A DNA stretch of 64,000 nt from the NCBI GenBank assembly GCA_040285825.1, contig JAUPSS010000001.1, positions 1,612,001 through 1,676,000 on the forward strand. The letters are read 5' to 3'. A model generated the notes under the pieces. It did no database searches. It had not been told where the DNA came from and saw only the letters and a program-made list of their open reading frames with translations. The position numbers were made by a program, and so were the translations under genes. Positions 38,065-51,921 of this stretch are shown in pieces. Positions within the stretch are counted from its first letter, which is position 1. Each line of letters begins with the position of its first letter. Source of the stretch: Eukaryota sp. TZLM1-RC (taxonomy: Eukaryota > Protista > Metamonada: BaSk clade).

Positions 38065-39706
38065 TTTTCTGCAATTTAGCATATGCAAATTTCAAGGAAA
38101 TCAAACTCCTGGGTGGAATTTCTTGAATATCAGCAGGAAAGCATTTGGACCATATGTGAGGAGAGATGCATTCAATTTCACTCTGCAAGGACACTAAATA
38201 GTCACTAACACAACATTCTATCAAATGCTGGTTTTCAGGAAAACGTTTCAAAAATTCAAAAACGAAATTTTTTCCTCCACCGATGAATGCGGCTTTACAC
38301 AAATATTTTGATTTGTGAAAATCCAGGCCTCCCAATTCTGTGCTACAAAAAATATGACTACGTAAAAAAGAAGAATCAATGTCGAGCAAATTAGCCAAAA
38401 ATTTTGTTCTTAATTCATTAAAAATTCTGCAAAATTCGAGAGAAATAGATTTTGATGTTGATCGTAAAATATGAGTAAATTTCCCTGAATAACAAATTCT
38501 GAGGAAGAAAAATTTAAGATGTTTTTCAATATTTAAATCTGAAACAACCATCAATTCTTCTTCAAAATTATCCAAAAGAGAGGAAAGCTGATTTCGAATT
38601 TCATCAAAGTTGCCTAAATAACAACCTAAAAAACGAAATCCTGATTCAAAATAATTGATAAAAGGAACACTTTGATCATCAATAATGAGATCAGCAGGCT
38701 CTCTACCAATCAATAAACATTTGGAAATATTTAGAGAAAGACCAATTTGATAATAGCGCTGTTGAACAATTTCAGCAATTGTTCTCAATGAATCAATTGG
38801 ACCAATTATTGATATGTCATCCATATAAGCAGTTATATGAACATCTGGAAATTCTTGTTTTAATTCACACATTAAAGGATGGATAGCAAGGCAGAAAAAG
38901 AAAGGACCTAATGGATCACCTTGTTTGACACCAGATGATGATATTAGATTGAATTCCTCATAAACAAGAGTTGACTGTGAGCCATAAAAATTGTAAAAGA
39001 ACGACTCAGCTTCTGGAAAATGAGTTTGAAGCAAGGGCAAGATGGACGACCTCTTCACTGCATTGAATGCGTTTTTAAAATCTAAATTAAAAATATAATT
39101 CGAAGTATTCGAATTAAAAAAGACATCAGAAGAGAGTGCTGCAGAAGATGCACCATCAACTGTTTTAATTCCAAATTGGAAAGGACTAAAAAAATCTTTA
39201 GCCTTTTTACCAATCCTGCCAAACACAGCTGAAGCAAGAATACGAGACAAAGATTCACCAATTGCAATTGGCCTTATTTTTGATTCATTCTTTTTTAAAG
39301 CAATTAAGCGTGAACTTGTCATTTCAGATGGAAGCTTGATTTTTAATGTTAAAATTTTGTTGAAAAAGAAAACCAAATCATCAATGCATTCAGAACATTG
39401 GTTTATCGTGGATTTTAACATGTCAAAAGTGATCATTGATGGACCAGGCGCTTTTCCAGATGGTAAGTGGTTTATCAATTTAATTAGTTCATCATTAGTT
39501 ACGGGATTTTGTTCCCAATAACTTACATTATTAGGTTTAGGGCACTTAAAATTTTCAACAGGATGGAGACTCTTTAGTTGAGCAACAGTATTTTCATTAC
39601 ATTCTGCAAGTTCAGAGGAAAACAGGCATTGCTTAGCGGAACCATAGCGTCCCTTTAAAGCTAATTTTCGAACAATTTTTTCTTTCTTCATTACTGAAGG
39701 ACGAAA

Positions 39707-41975
39707 TTTTTTTTTCTCCCTCCCTTAGTCAACCCTTTCATATTTCACTTTCTGTCAAGGCGTCAAAGTCGTACTGTTTCTCTGTCAAAACGATGCCTTT
39801 GGCTGATAGTGACTCTGATACTGATTGGAACGCCCAAGCAAAGATTCTACCAGTCAGATCAAGCTCATCCACTCCTCTTCCCCACTCTCCCCACAATACA
39901 AGCTATGCTCGAAATTCATCTCAAAAAAATTTTCATTCAAAAACTGATCATTGTACCAGAAAAAACACAGAAAAACCACCATTACGTTCCTTGCGTTCTG
40001 TTGCGCGTTCTATTAACAACTCCGTTTCTCGAAATTTGTTTTCTCCAGCTGAAACTGCAAAAAGTCAAAAGTCTATTTCTACTTTTAACTCACAAATTAA
40101 CAAAATTGAAAGAACTGAAAAAATGAAACCACTGCCATTAAAAGGTTCTAAAAAATGTTCGATTTGTGGTATCAGTGGTCATAATTCGAGAACGTGCCCT
40201 GAGAAACAAAAAAGAGAATTTGAATTAAAATCTGCTCAACAAATTCTCAAATGTTCTGTTCCAGCTGTTGCCGTTGTGAAAGGTGCTGAAAAAAATGTTT
40301 CTGACGATCAACAGTTAAATGCTTCTAGTGTTCCCTCTTCTTCCCCTTCTGAAAACAGTAATTTTTGTTGTCCATTTTGCAAAAAAGATGTTGCAGATTC
40401 ACGAAATGGTCGAAAACTTCTGTTTTGTACGAATTGTAAAGCCGTTGATACCGTAAGACCCCCGATCCGGATCCCAGTAGAAATAAGTCCCGCCAGCACA
40501 ATCCCCTTCTCAATGGAAATGAGAAATTTTACTTCTGAATTGAAAAATAATAAGTGGAATATTTCATCCTTCTGGAAATATTTTGCTAGAAAAAACCAAA
40601 ATTGTTTTTAAGAAAAAATTTGGAAATAGAAAAATTGTAAAATCAAAAATTTGCCGTAAATTGTGCTTACGTGGTCGTTATGGTGCCGCAAAGCAGTCTT
40701 TGTTTTCCTCTTCTTTGGCTGATGCAAACTCTGATACCCTTGAAAAACTTCAAAAGTTGCATCCTCAAGAAAATTTCAAGTGCAGCAAGCCTGAAGTGTG
40801 TCCTTTTTGGATTGAAAATCCTATTACTGCAATTGAAGTTCTTAAAGCTATTCAAAAATTGCCAAAGGGGAAAGCAGCAGGCCCATCTGGAATTTCTTTT
40901 GATCTGTTAAAAATAGCGTGTTCCAGTGCTCCCGAAATTGCTGATGATCTAGCCCACTATTTTCAACAATTGATTGTTTTGAAAATTAATCCTCCATTTG
41001 AATTACTCGCTGCACGTCTGATTGCCTTAGTAAAGCCTGGAAACGGAATCAAACCTGATGGAATACGCCCAATTGCTGTTGGTGAATCTCTTTCTCGTTT
41101 GCTGGCATCAATTGTTTTCGATCGTGTCAAAGTCAAAGCTTCTACATTTTTGAATCCTCATCAATTTGGAATCAAAACAATTGATGGTGCTTCTGTTGCT
41201 GCTATTGCCTCTGATACCTTTTTTAATGCAGAGGAAAATAATTTTATTTTTAATCTCGACTTCAAAAATGCTTTTAATTCTGTAAAGCGAGAATCAATTT
41301 TTGAAGTTGTTAAATCTGACTTTCCTGAGCTATCGAGTTTTTTCTACCATTTTTATGGGAAAGAATCAGATTTAATTTTTAATTCATTTGGTCTTAAATC
41401 ATCTTCTGGAGTGAAGCAGGGAGATCCTTTAGGCCCATTATTGTTTTGTTTAGCTATTCACAAAACTTTAAATATCATTAAGCAAAAATACCCTTCTATA
41501 AAAATAGTTGCTTATATGGATGATATATCCTTGATTGGTTCATTTGATTTACTAGAATTGGTTGCTCAAGAAATTGCCGATTCATATGAAAATATTGGGC
41601 TTCATCTTGATGCCAGCAAATGCCTTCTGATTGGCTCTTCTGCTCAAGACCTCGTGATAAACGATTCTATTGTCCCTTTTACTAATTATAGTAGTGATGC
41701 TTTTAAGTTCCTTGGTTGTTGGTTAGGAAATGTGCCTCAAATTCAGAATGAATTGCAAGTTATTTTGGAAAAAATGAAAATTGAACTTGATTCAATTTCT
41801 TCTTTAGATATAGAAAAGCATATTAAATTTTTCATGCTTAAAATTTGCTACACTGGGAGAATAACCCACATTTTGAGATCTTGTGCTCCTTCCATAGCAT
41901 TAGATTTTTGTCGTTCTTTTAATTCATTGAGAACAGAATTTTTTGCAGATTTATTGGATGTAAAACCAGGAATGT
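39707..41975 (+). mobile_element. Family A with intact 5' end, broken off by family B
   Basis: ORFs 39793-40611 and 40583-42031; same 5' UTR as at 12202. Confidence 0.92.
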
Positions 41976-44900
41976 TTACAATTTTTGTAGACAATTTAAC
42001 AAAATACGTACCCAATTTTTGGCTTATTTAATGTCTGTTGATCCATCAATTTTGAAAAATCATATTTTTTCTGATGTTCAACTTGGCGGTGTTGGATTCA
42101 ATTCATCAAAATATTTGACCAAAGCTGCATTTATTGGTGGTGGAAAAAATTTTGTATTTGAATTCTCTAGAAGATATCCTTTTGCCGAAAATCTTCTTGA
42201 AAATACAAATAGCATATTCCTGGATAACTTAAGACAAGAAATATCCAGTTTATCTCCCGACTTATGGCAATCATGTTTCCCCATATCCATTCAAGAAATT
42301 CCAGACAGAAGTTTATATTCATTAAAATTTGCGTTGAAAAAGCTCCAACGACATCTTTTGAAAAATTTTGAAAACAAGGATTTTATTGTTCGACTTAGCA
42401 CGGCTAAGAAAGAAAATCCTGCTTTTGCCAATTTTTTGATTGATTTGAAGGACAGTTCATCTGCAGTTTTGATAAATCAAATAAATAAATAAATTTTTTT
42501 TCACTCCAAAGAAACAACCCAAGAATAAGACTGTACGAAAACTTTTGCTACGTGGGAGATATGGTTCAGGGAAAAACGCTCTGTTCTCATCTGATCTTGC
42601 TCCTGTGACTGATGAAACTGTAAATTAATTAGTGGATCTGCATCCAGCTGAATTTCTTAATTTGGATAAACCATCTGCTTCACAATTTTGGAAACAAAAT
42701 CCACTTTCTGAAAAAGAAGTTGAAACTGCCATTTTCCGTCTTCCGTCTGGAAAAGCTCCAGATCCATCTGGAATTACTTTTGATATACTGAAATCTGTGT
42801 GCCGCCAAAATGCCTTTATTATTAAAGATTTATGTTCCTTTTTTCAAGATGTTTTGACAATGAAAATTGTTCCACCCAAAGAATTAAGTGCATTACGGTT
42901 AGTGGCTTTAACTAAACCTAATGGAAAAGTTCGTCCAATTGCCATTGGTGAAGCCATTTATCGCTTGATGTCTTCAGTAATTTTTAATCGAGTTTCAACA
43001 AAAGCTAAAGAATACTTTTCTCCATTCCAATATGGAATCAAAACTATAGATGGAGCTTCAGTTGCAGCTTTGACATCTGATCTGTTTTTCAATTGTCACG
43101 AAAATAGTTGCATTTTTAATCTTGATTTCAAAAATGCTTTCAATTCAGTGAAAAGAGATTCAATTTGGAAACCTTTTTTTATAGGTTTTATGGTAATTCA
43201 TCTGATTTAATTTTTAATTCTTTTAATTTGGATTCTTTATCAGGAGTTAAACAAGGAGACCCTTTAGGTCCTTTCTTTTTTTGTCTTGCAATTCACCCAA
43301 TTTTGAAAAAATTAAAAGAAGAAAATTCTGACCTTCAAGTGGTAGCTTACATGGATGACATTTCTTGTATTGGTCCAGAAAGTACAATTAATAGGGTTGC
43401 TAATGAAGCTGCTACATTATACCAATCCATAGGTCTTGATTTGAATGTTCAAAAATGTTTTTGTATTTCTAGAAAAATGTTAAGTTAATAATTAATTCCC
43501 TCGAAGTTCCATATATTGATTATACTTCAACTAGTTTCTGCTTTCTGGGTTGCTATTTAGGTTCCGCCGAAAAGACACTTGACAGCCTTGAAAATTATTT
43601 AAATTCAATTAAAAAAAGAGCTAGAAGTCATAAAGACTCTTGAATTGGAAAAACATCTTAAGTTTTTTTCTTTTGAAAATTTGTTATGCTGGAAAAATTA
43701 CTCATTTACTGCGATCATTACCTCCATCCCTAACTTACAATTTTTGTAGACAATTTAACAAAATACGTACCCAATTTTTGGCTTATTTAATGTCTGTTGA
43801 TCCATCAATTTTGAAAAATCATATTTTTCTGATGTTCAACTTGGCGGTGTTGGATTCAATTCATCAAAATATTTGACCAAAGCTGCATTTATTGGTGGTG
43901 GAAAAAATTTTGTATTTGAATTCTCTAGAAGATATCCTTTTGGCGAAAATCTTCTTGAAAATACAAATAGCATATTCCTGGATAACTTAAGAGAAGAAAT
44001 ATCCAGTTTATCTCCCGACTTATGGCAATCATGTTTCCCCATATCCATTCAAGAAATTCCAGACAGAAGTTTATATTCATTAAAATTTGCGTATTAAAAT
44101 AATTTATATATATGCCATGTTTGCTCCTCGCTTGATACATTACGGCCTCCATGTAAGATTCCGAATGTTCTCAGTCCCAAGGCTTCCGTTCCCTTTTCTG
44201 TTGCGTTTAGAACATTCAGTCTTGCATTGAAAAAAGGAGAATGGGATATATTTTCTATTTGGAAATTCTTCCTTGAACAAAAATCAGGTTCTCGTCCCCA
44301 AAAGGTTTTTACTCCAAAGAAACAACCCAAGAATAAGACTGTACGAAAACTTTTGCTACGTGGGAGATATGGTTCAGGGAAAAACGGTCTGTTCTCATCT
44401 GATCTTGCTCCTGTGACTGATGAAACTGTAAATCAATTAGTGGATCTGCATCCAGAATTTCTTAATTTGGATAAACCATCTGCTTCACAATTTTGGAAAC
44501 AAAATCCACTTTCTGAAAAAGAAGTTGAAACTGCCATTTTCCGTCTTCCGTCTGGAAAAGCTCCAGATCCATCTGGAATTACTTTTGATATACTGAAATC
44601 TGTGTGCCGCCAAAATGCCTTTATTATTAAAGATTTATGTTCCTTTTTTCAAGATGTTTTGACAATGAAAATTGTTCCACCCAAAGAATTAAGTGCATCA
44701 CGGTTAGTGGCTTTAACTAAACCTAATGGAAAAGTTCGTCCAATTGCCATTGGTGAAGCCATTTATCGCTTGATGTCTTCAGTAATTTTTAATCGAGTTT
44801 CAACAAAAGCTAAAGAATACTTTTCTCCATTCCAATATGGAATCAAAACTATAGATGGAGCTTCAGTTGCAGCTTTGACATCTGATCTGTTTTTCAATTG

Positions 44901-47900
44901 TCACGAAAATAGTTGCATTTTTAATCTTGATTTCAAAAATGCTTTCAATTCAGTGAAAAGAGATTCAATTTGGAATGAAATCAAATCAAATTTTCCTGAA
45001 CTCGAAACCTTTTTTTATAGGTTTTATGGTAATTCATCTGATTTAATTTTTAATTCTTTTAATTTGGATTCTTTATCAGGAGTTAAACAAGGAGACCCTT
45101 TAGGTCCTTTCTTTTTTTGTCTTGCAATTCACCCAATTTTGAAAAAATTAAAAGAAGAAAATTCTGACCTTCAAGTGGTAGCTTACATGGATGACATTTC
45201 TTGTATTGGTCCAGAAAGTACAATTAATAGGGTTGCTAATGAAGCTGCTACATTATACCAATCCATAGGTCTTGATTTGAATGTTCAAAAATGTTTTTGT
45301 ATTTCTAGAAAAAATGTTAAGTTAATAATTAATTCCCTCGAAGTTCCATATATTGATTATACTTCAACTAGTTTCTGCTTTCTGGGTTGCTATTTAGGTT
45401 CCGCCGAAAAGACACTTGACAGCCTTGAAAATTATTTAAATTCAATTAAAAAAGAGCTAGAAGTCATAAAGACTCTTGAATTGGAAAAACATCTTAAGTT
45501 TTTTCTTTTGAAAATTTGTTATGCTGGAAAAATTACTCATTTACTGCGATCATTACCTCCATCCCTAACTTACAATTTTTGTAGACAATTTAACAAAATA
45601 CGTACCCAATTTTTGGCTTATTTAATGTCTGTTGATCCATCAATTTTGAAAAATCATATTTTTTCTGATGTTCAACTTGGCGGTGTTGGATTCAATTCAT
45701 CAAAATATTTGACCAAAGCTGCATTTATTGGTGGTGGAAAAATTTTGTATTTGAATTCTCTAGAAGATATCCTTTTGGCGAAAATCTTCTTGAAAATACA
45801 AATAGCATATTCCTGGATAACTTAAGAGAAGAAATATCCAGTTTATCTCCCGACTTATGGCAATCATGTTTCCCCATATCCATTCAAGAAATTCCAGACA
45901 GAAGTTTATATTCATTAAAATTTGCGTATTAAAATAATTTATATATATGCCATGTTTGCTCCTCGCTTGATACATTACGGCCTCCATGTAAGATTCCGAA
46001 TGTTCTCAGTCCCAAGGCTTCCGTTCCCTTTTCTGTTGCGTTTAGAACATTCAGTCTTGCTTTGAAAAAAGGAGAATGGGATATATTTTCTATTTGGAAA
46101 TTCTTCCTTGAACAAAAATCAGGTTCTCGTCCCCAAAAGGTTTTTACTCCAAAGAAACAACCCAAGAATAAGACTGTACGAAAACTTTTGCTACGTGGGA
46201 GATATGGTTCAGGGAAAAACGGTCTGTTCTCATCTGATCTTGCTCCTGTGACTGATGAAACTGTAAATCAATTAGTGGATCTGCATCCAGAATTTCTTAA
46301 TTTGGATAAACCATCTGCTTCACAATTTTGGAAACAAAATCCACTTTCTGAAGAAGAAGTTGAAACTGCCATTTTCCGTCTTCCATCTGGAAAAGCTCCA
46401 GGTCCATCTGGAATTACTTTTGATATGCTGAAATCTGTGTGCCGCCAAAATTCCTTTATTATGAAAGATTTATGTTCCTTTTTTCAAGATGTTTTGACAA
46501 TGAAAATTGTTCCACCCAAAGAATTAAGTGCATCACGGTTAGTGGCTTTAACTAAACCTAATGGAAAAGTTCGCCCAATTGCCATTGGTGAAGCCATTTA
46601 TCGCCTGATGTCTTCAGTAATTTTTAATCGAGTTTCAACAAAAGCTAAAGAATACTTTTCTCCATTCCAATATGGAATCAAAACCATAGATGGAGCTTCA
46701 GTTGCAGCTTTGACATCTGATCTGTTTTTCAATTGTCACGAAAATAGTTGCATTTTTAATCTTGATTTCAAAAATGCTTTCAATTCAGTGAAAAGAGATT
46801 CAATTTGGAATGAAATCAAATCAAATTTTCCTGAACTCGAAACCTTTTTTTTATAGGTTTTATGGTAATTCATCTTATTTAATTTTTAATTCTCTTAATC
46901 TGGATTCTTTATCAGGAGTTAAACAAGGAGACCCTTTAGGTCCTTTCTTTTTTTGTCTTGCAATTCACCCAATTTTGAATAAATTAAAAGAAGAAAATTC
47001 TGACCTTCAAGTGGTAGCTTACATGGATGACATTTCTTGTATTGGTCCAGAAAGTACAATTAATAGGGTTGCTAATGAAGCTGCTACATTATACCAATCC
47101 ATAGGTCTTGATTTGAATGTTCAAAAATGTTTTTGTATTTCTAGAAAAAATGTTAAGTTAATAATTAATTCCCTCGAAGTTCCATATATTGATTATACTT
47201 CAACTATTTTCTGCTTTCTGGGTTGCTATTTAGGTTCCGCCGAAAAGACACTGGCCAGCCTTGAAAATTATTTAAATTCAATTAAAAAAGAGCTAGAAGT
47301 CATAAAAACTCTTGAATTGGAAAAACATCTTAAGTTTTTTCTTTTGAAAATTTGTTATGCTGGAAAAATTACTCATTTACTGCGATCATTACCTCCATCC
47401 CTAACTTACAATTTTTGTAGACAATTTAACAAAATACGTACCCAATTTTTGGCTTATTTAATGTCTGTTGATCCATCAATTTTGAAAAATCATATTTTTT
47501 CTGATGTTCAACTTGGTGGTGTTGGATTCAATTCATCAAAATATTTGACCAAAGCTGCATTTATTGGTGGTGGAAAAAATTTTGTATTTGAATTCTCTAG
47601 AAGATATCCTTTTGGCGAAAATCTTCTTGAAAATACAAATAGCATATTCCTGGATAACTTAAGAGAAGAAATATCCAGTTTATCTCCCGACTTATGGCAA
47701 TCATGTTTCCCCATATCCATTCAAGAAATTCCAGACAGAAGTTTATATTCATTAAAATTTGCGTTGAAAAAGCTCCAACGGCATCTTTTGAAAAATTTTG
47801 AAAACAAGGATTTTATTGTCCGACTTAGCACGGCTAAGAAAGAAAATCCTGCTTTTGCCAATTTTTTGATTGATTTGAAGGACAGTTCATCTGCAGTTTT

Positions 47901-49727
47901 GATAAATCAAATTCCCCAGATTTATGGTCTATTTTTGAATGACGACCAATGGACCACTGCTATAAGAATGCGTTGTTATTTATGGCCTTGTAATTTGCCC
48001 AATGATTTGTTTTGTAAATGTGGAGCTGGTTTGACATTATCAAATTTATTTAATTGTAATAGATATATTTCCTATCGTTCTACGTTGCATGATGCAGTCA
48101 GAGATCAAATCCATGCAATGTGTAATTCCTATCATATTGAATCTTTTGTAGAACCTTTGTTGAGGTCTCTTGATATAAATGAAAGCGTAAGAGATTCAGA
48201 ATATGGAAAACGACGTGCTGATGTTGTTGTGCCCTCGTTTGATGATGTCATGAATGTTGTTGATGTCGTAACAGTGGATGTTTGCAAGAAAAATGCCTTG
48301 AAAAATGCTCAATCCGAAGTATCCCCCCTTGATGACTCCGAATTGTACAAACGGAAAAAGTATGCAAATCCTTTAAAAGAATTGAAACATGTTCGCCATG
48401 TAGATTACCAAATTTGCCCATTTGCTATATCGTTGTATGGTCGTCTTGGAAAAACTGCTTTGAATTTTATTGATGATTTTGAAAATCTTGTGAAAAAATT
48501 TTTAATTTAATTTTAATTTATTTTCAAAACCAAAAAAAAATTGTGAAAAAAAGAATGAATAAGCGTTTTGATCGTCGCTTGTGGCTAAATCGTATTGTTT
48601 TTACTATTTTCAAATCAATTCCTAAAATGATTTCGACAGCTTTAATGTCTGTCAGTACACATTATGAAAACATTGCTGCTGTAAGGTTTGATGGTGTGGA
48701 AGCTTGTTTTGAAGATATTGACTTTTAGACTGTGGTTTTGAAAATAAATTAAAATTAAATTAAAAAAATTTGCGTTGAAAAAGCTCCAACGACATCTTTT
48801 GAAAAATTTTGAAAACAAGGATTTTATTGTTCGACTTAGCACGGCTAAGAAAGAAAATTCTGCTTTTGCCAATTTTTTGATTGATTTGAAGGACAGTTCA
48901 TCTGCAGTTTTGATAAATCAAATTCCCCAGATTTATGGTCTATTTTTGAATGACGACCAATGGACCACTGCTATGAGAATGCGTTGTTATTTATGGCCTT
49001 GTAATTTGCCCAATGATTTGTTTTGTAAATGTGGAGCTGCTTTGACATTATTACATTTATTTAATTGTAATAGATATATTTCCTATCGTTCTACGTTGCA
49101 TGATGCAGTCAGAGATCAAATCCATGCAATGTGTAATTCCTATCATATTGAATCCTTTGTAGAACCTTTGTTGAGGTCTCTTGATATAAATGAAAGCGTA
49201 AGAGATTCAGAATATGGAAAACGACGTGCTGATGTTGTTGTGCCCTCGTTTGATGATGTCATGAATGTTGTTGATGTCGTAACAGTGGATGTTTGCAAGA
49301 AAAATGCCTTGAAAAATGCTCAATCCGAAGTATCCCCCCTTGATGACTCCGAATTGTACAAACGGAAAAAGTATGCAAATCCTTTAAAAGAATTGAAACA
49401 TGTTCGCCATGTAGATTACCAAATTTGCCCATTTGCTATATCGTTGTATGGTCGTCTTGGAAAAACTGCTTTGAATTTTATTGATGATTTTGAAAATCTT
49501 GTGAAAAAAAGAATGAATAAGCGTTTTGATCGTCGCTTGTGGCTAAATCGTATTGTTTTTACTATTTTCAAATCAATTCCTAAAATGATTTCGAAAGCTT
49601 TAATGTCTGTCAGTGCACATTATGGAAACATTGCTGCTGTAAGGTTTGATGGTGTGGAAGCTTGTTTTGAAGATATTGACTTTTAGACTGTGGTTTTGAA
49701 AATAAATTAAAATTTTTTAAAAAAAAA
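41976..49727 (+). mobile_element. Head-to-tail run of family B pieces, including an 1835-bp tandem duplication
   Basis: Pieces 41976-42481, 42494-44092, 44093-45927, 45928-48768, 48767-49727. The junction tttgcgt|attaaaataatt is repeated at ~44092 and ~45927. Confidence 0.88.
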
Positions 49728-51921
49728 GTCAACTCTTGTTTATGAGGAATTCAATCTAATATCATCATCTGGTGTCAAACAAGGTGATCCATTAGGTCCT
49801 TTCTTTTTCTGCCTTGCTATCCATCCTGTAATGTGTGAATTAAAACAAGAATTTCCAGATGTTCATATAACTGCTTATATGGATGACATATCAATAATTG
49901 GTCCAATTGATTCATTGAGAACAATTGCTGAAATTGTTCAACAGCGCTATTATCAAATTGGTCTTTCTCTAAATATTTCCAAATGTTTATTGATTGGTAG
50001 AGAGCCTGCTGATCTCATTATTGATGATCAAAGTGTTCCTTTTATCAATTATTTTGAATCAGGATTTCGTTTTTTAGGTTGTTATTTGGGCAACTTTGAT
50101 GAAATTCGAAATCAGCTTTCCTCTCTTTTGGATAATTTTGAAGAAGAATTGATGGTTCTTTCAGATTTAAATATTGAAAAACATCTTAATTTTTTCTTCC
50201 TCAGAATTTGTTATTCAGGGAAATTAACTCATATTTTACGATCAACATCACCATCTATTTCTCTCGAATTTTGCAGAATTTTTAATGAATTAAGAACAAA
50301 ATTTTTGGCTAATTTGCTCGATATTGATTCTGCTTTTTTTACGTAGTCATATTTTTTTGTAGCACAGAATTGGGAGGCCTGGATTTTCACAAATCAAAAT
50401 ATTTGTGTAAAGCCGCATTCATCGGTGGAGGAAAAAATTTCGTTTTTGAATTTTTGAAACGTTTTCCTGAAAACCAGCATTTGATAGAATGTTGTGTTAG
50501 TGACTATTTAGTGTCCTTGCAGAGTGAAATTGAATGCATCTCTCCTCACATATGGTCCAAACTTACAATTTTTGTAGACAATTTAACAAAATACGTACCC
50601 AATTTTTGGCTTATTTAATGTCTGTTGATCCATCAATTTTGAAAAATCATATTTTTTCTGATGTTCAACTTGGCGGTGTTGGATTCAATTCATCAAAATA
50701 TTTGACCAAAGCTGCATTTATTGGTGGTGGAAAAATTTTGTATTTGAATTCTCTAGAAGATATCCTTTTGCCGAAAATCTTCTTGAAAATACAAATAGCC
50801 TATTCCTGGATAACTTAAGAGAAGAAATATCCAGTTTATCTCCCGACTTATGGCAATCATGTTTCCCCATATCCATTCAAGAAATTCCAGACAGAAGTTT
50901 ATATTCATTAAAATTTGCGTTGAAAAAGCTCCAACGACATCTTTTGAAAAATTTTGAAAACAAGGATTTTATTGTTCGACTTAGCACGGCTAAGAAAGAT
51001 AATCCTGCTTTTGCCAATTTTTTGATTGATTTGAAGGACAGTTCATCTGCAGTTTTGATAAATCAAATTCCCCAGGTTTATGGTCTATTTTTGAATGACG
51101 ACCAATGGACCACTGCTATGAGAATGCGTTGTTATTTATGGCCTTGTAATTTGCCCAATGATTTGTTTTGTAAATGTGGAGCTGGTTTGACATTATCACA
51201 TTTATTTAATTGTAATAGATATATTTCCTATCGTTCTACGTTGCATGATGCAGTCAGAGATCAAATCCATGCAATGTGTAATTCCTATCATATTGAATCC
51301 TTTGTAGAACCTTTGTTGAGGTCTCTTGATATAAATGAAAGCGTAAGAGATTCAGAATATGGAAAACGACGTGCTGATGTTGTTGTGCCCTCGTTTGATG
51401 ATGTCATGAATGTTGTTGATGTCGTAACAGTGGATGTTTGCAAGAAAAATGCCTTGAAAAATGCTCAATCCGAAGTATCCCCCTTGATGACTCCGAATTG
51501 TACAAACGGAAAAAGTATGCAAATCCTTTAAAAGAATTGAAACATGTTCGCCATGTAGATTACCAAATTTGCCCATTTGCTATATCGTTGTATGGTCGTC
51601 TTGGAAAAACTGCTTTGAATTTTATTGATGATTTTGAAAATCTTGTGAAAAAAAGAATGAATTCATATTTGCTGTTGAATAATAATAAATAATAATAATA
51701 AAAAAAAGAATGAATAAGCGTTTTGATCGTCGCTTGTGGCTAAATCGTATTGTTTTTACTATTTTCAAATCAATTCCTAAAATGATTTCGAAAGCTTTAA
51801 TGTCTGTCAGTACACATTATGAAAACATTGCTGCTGTAAGGTTTGATGGTGTGGAAGCTTGTTTTGAAGATATTGACTTTTAGACTGTGGTTTTGAAAAT
51901 AAATTAAAATTTTACAAAAAA
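49727..51921 (+). mobile_element. D RT/thumb fragment (49727-50561) joined to B 3' part (50561-51921)
   Basis: ORFs 49831-50346, 50370-50618, 50920-51531. Confidence 0.88.

Larger units (their letters stand above)
31366..39706 (-). mobile_element. Family D copy in three pieces (31366-32190, 35510-35647, 38065-39706) hosting a B and a C insertion
   Basis: D sequence is collinear across the two inserts; ORF 38030-39691 (RT) and 31596-32123 (RLE); tail at ~31365-31372. Confidence 0.9.
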
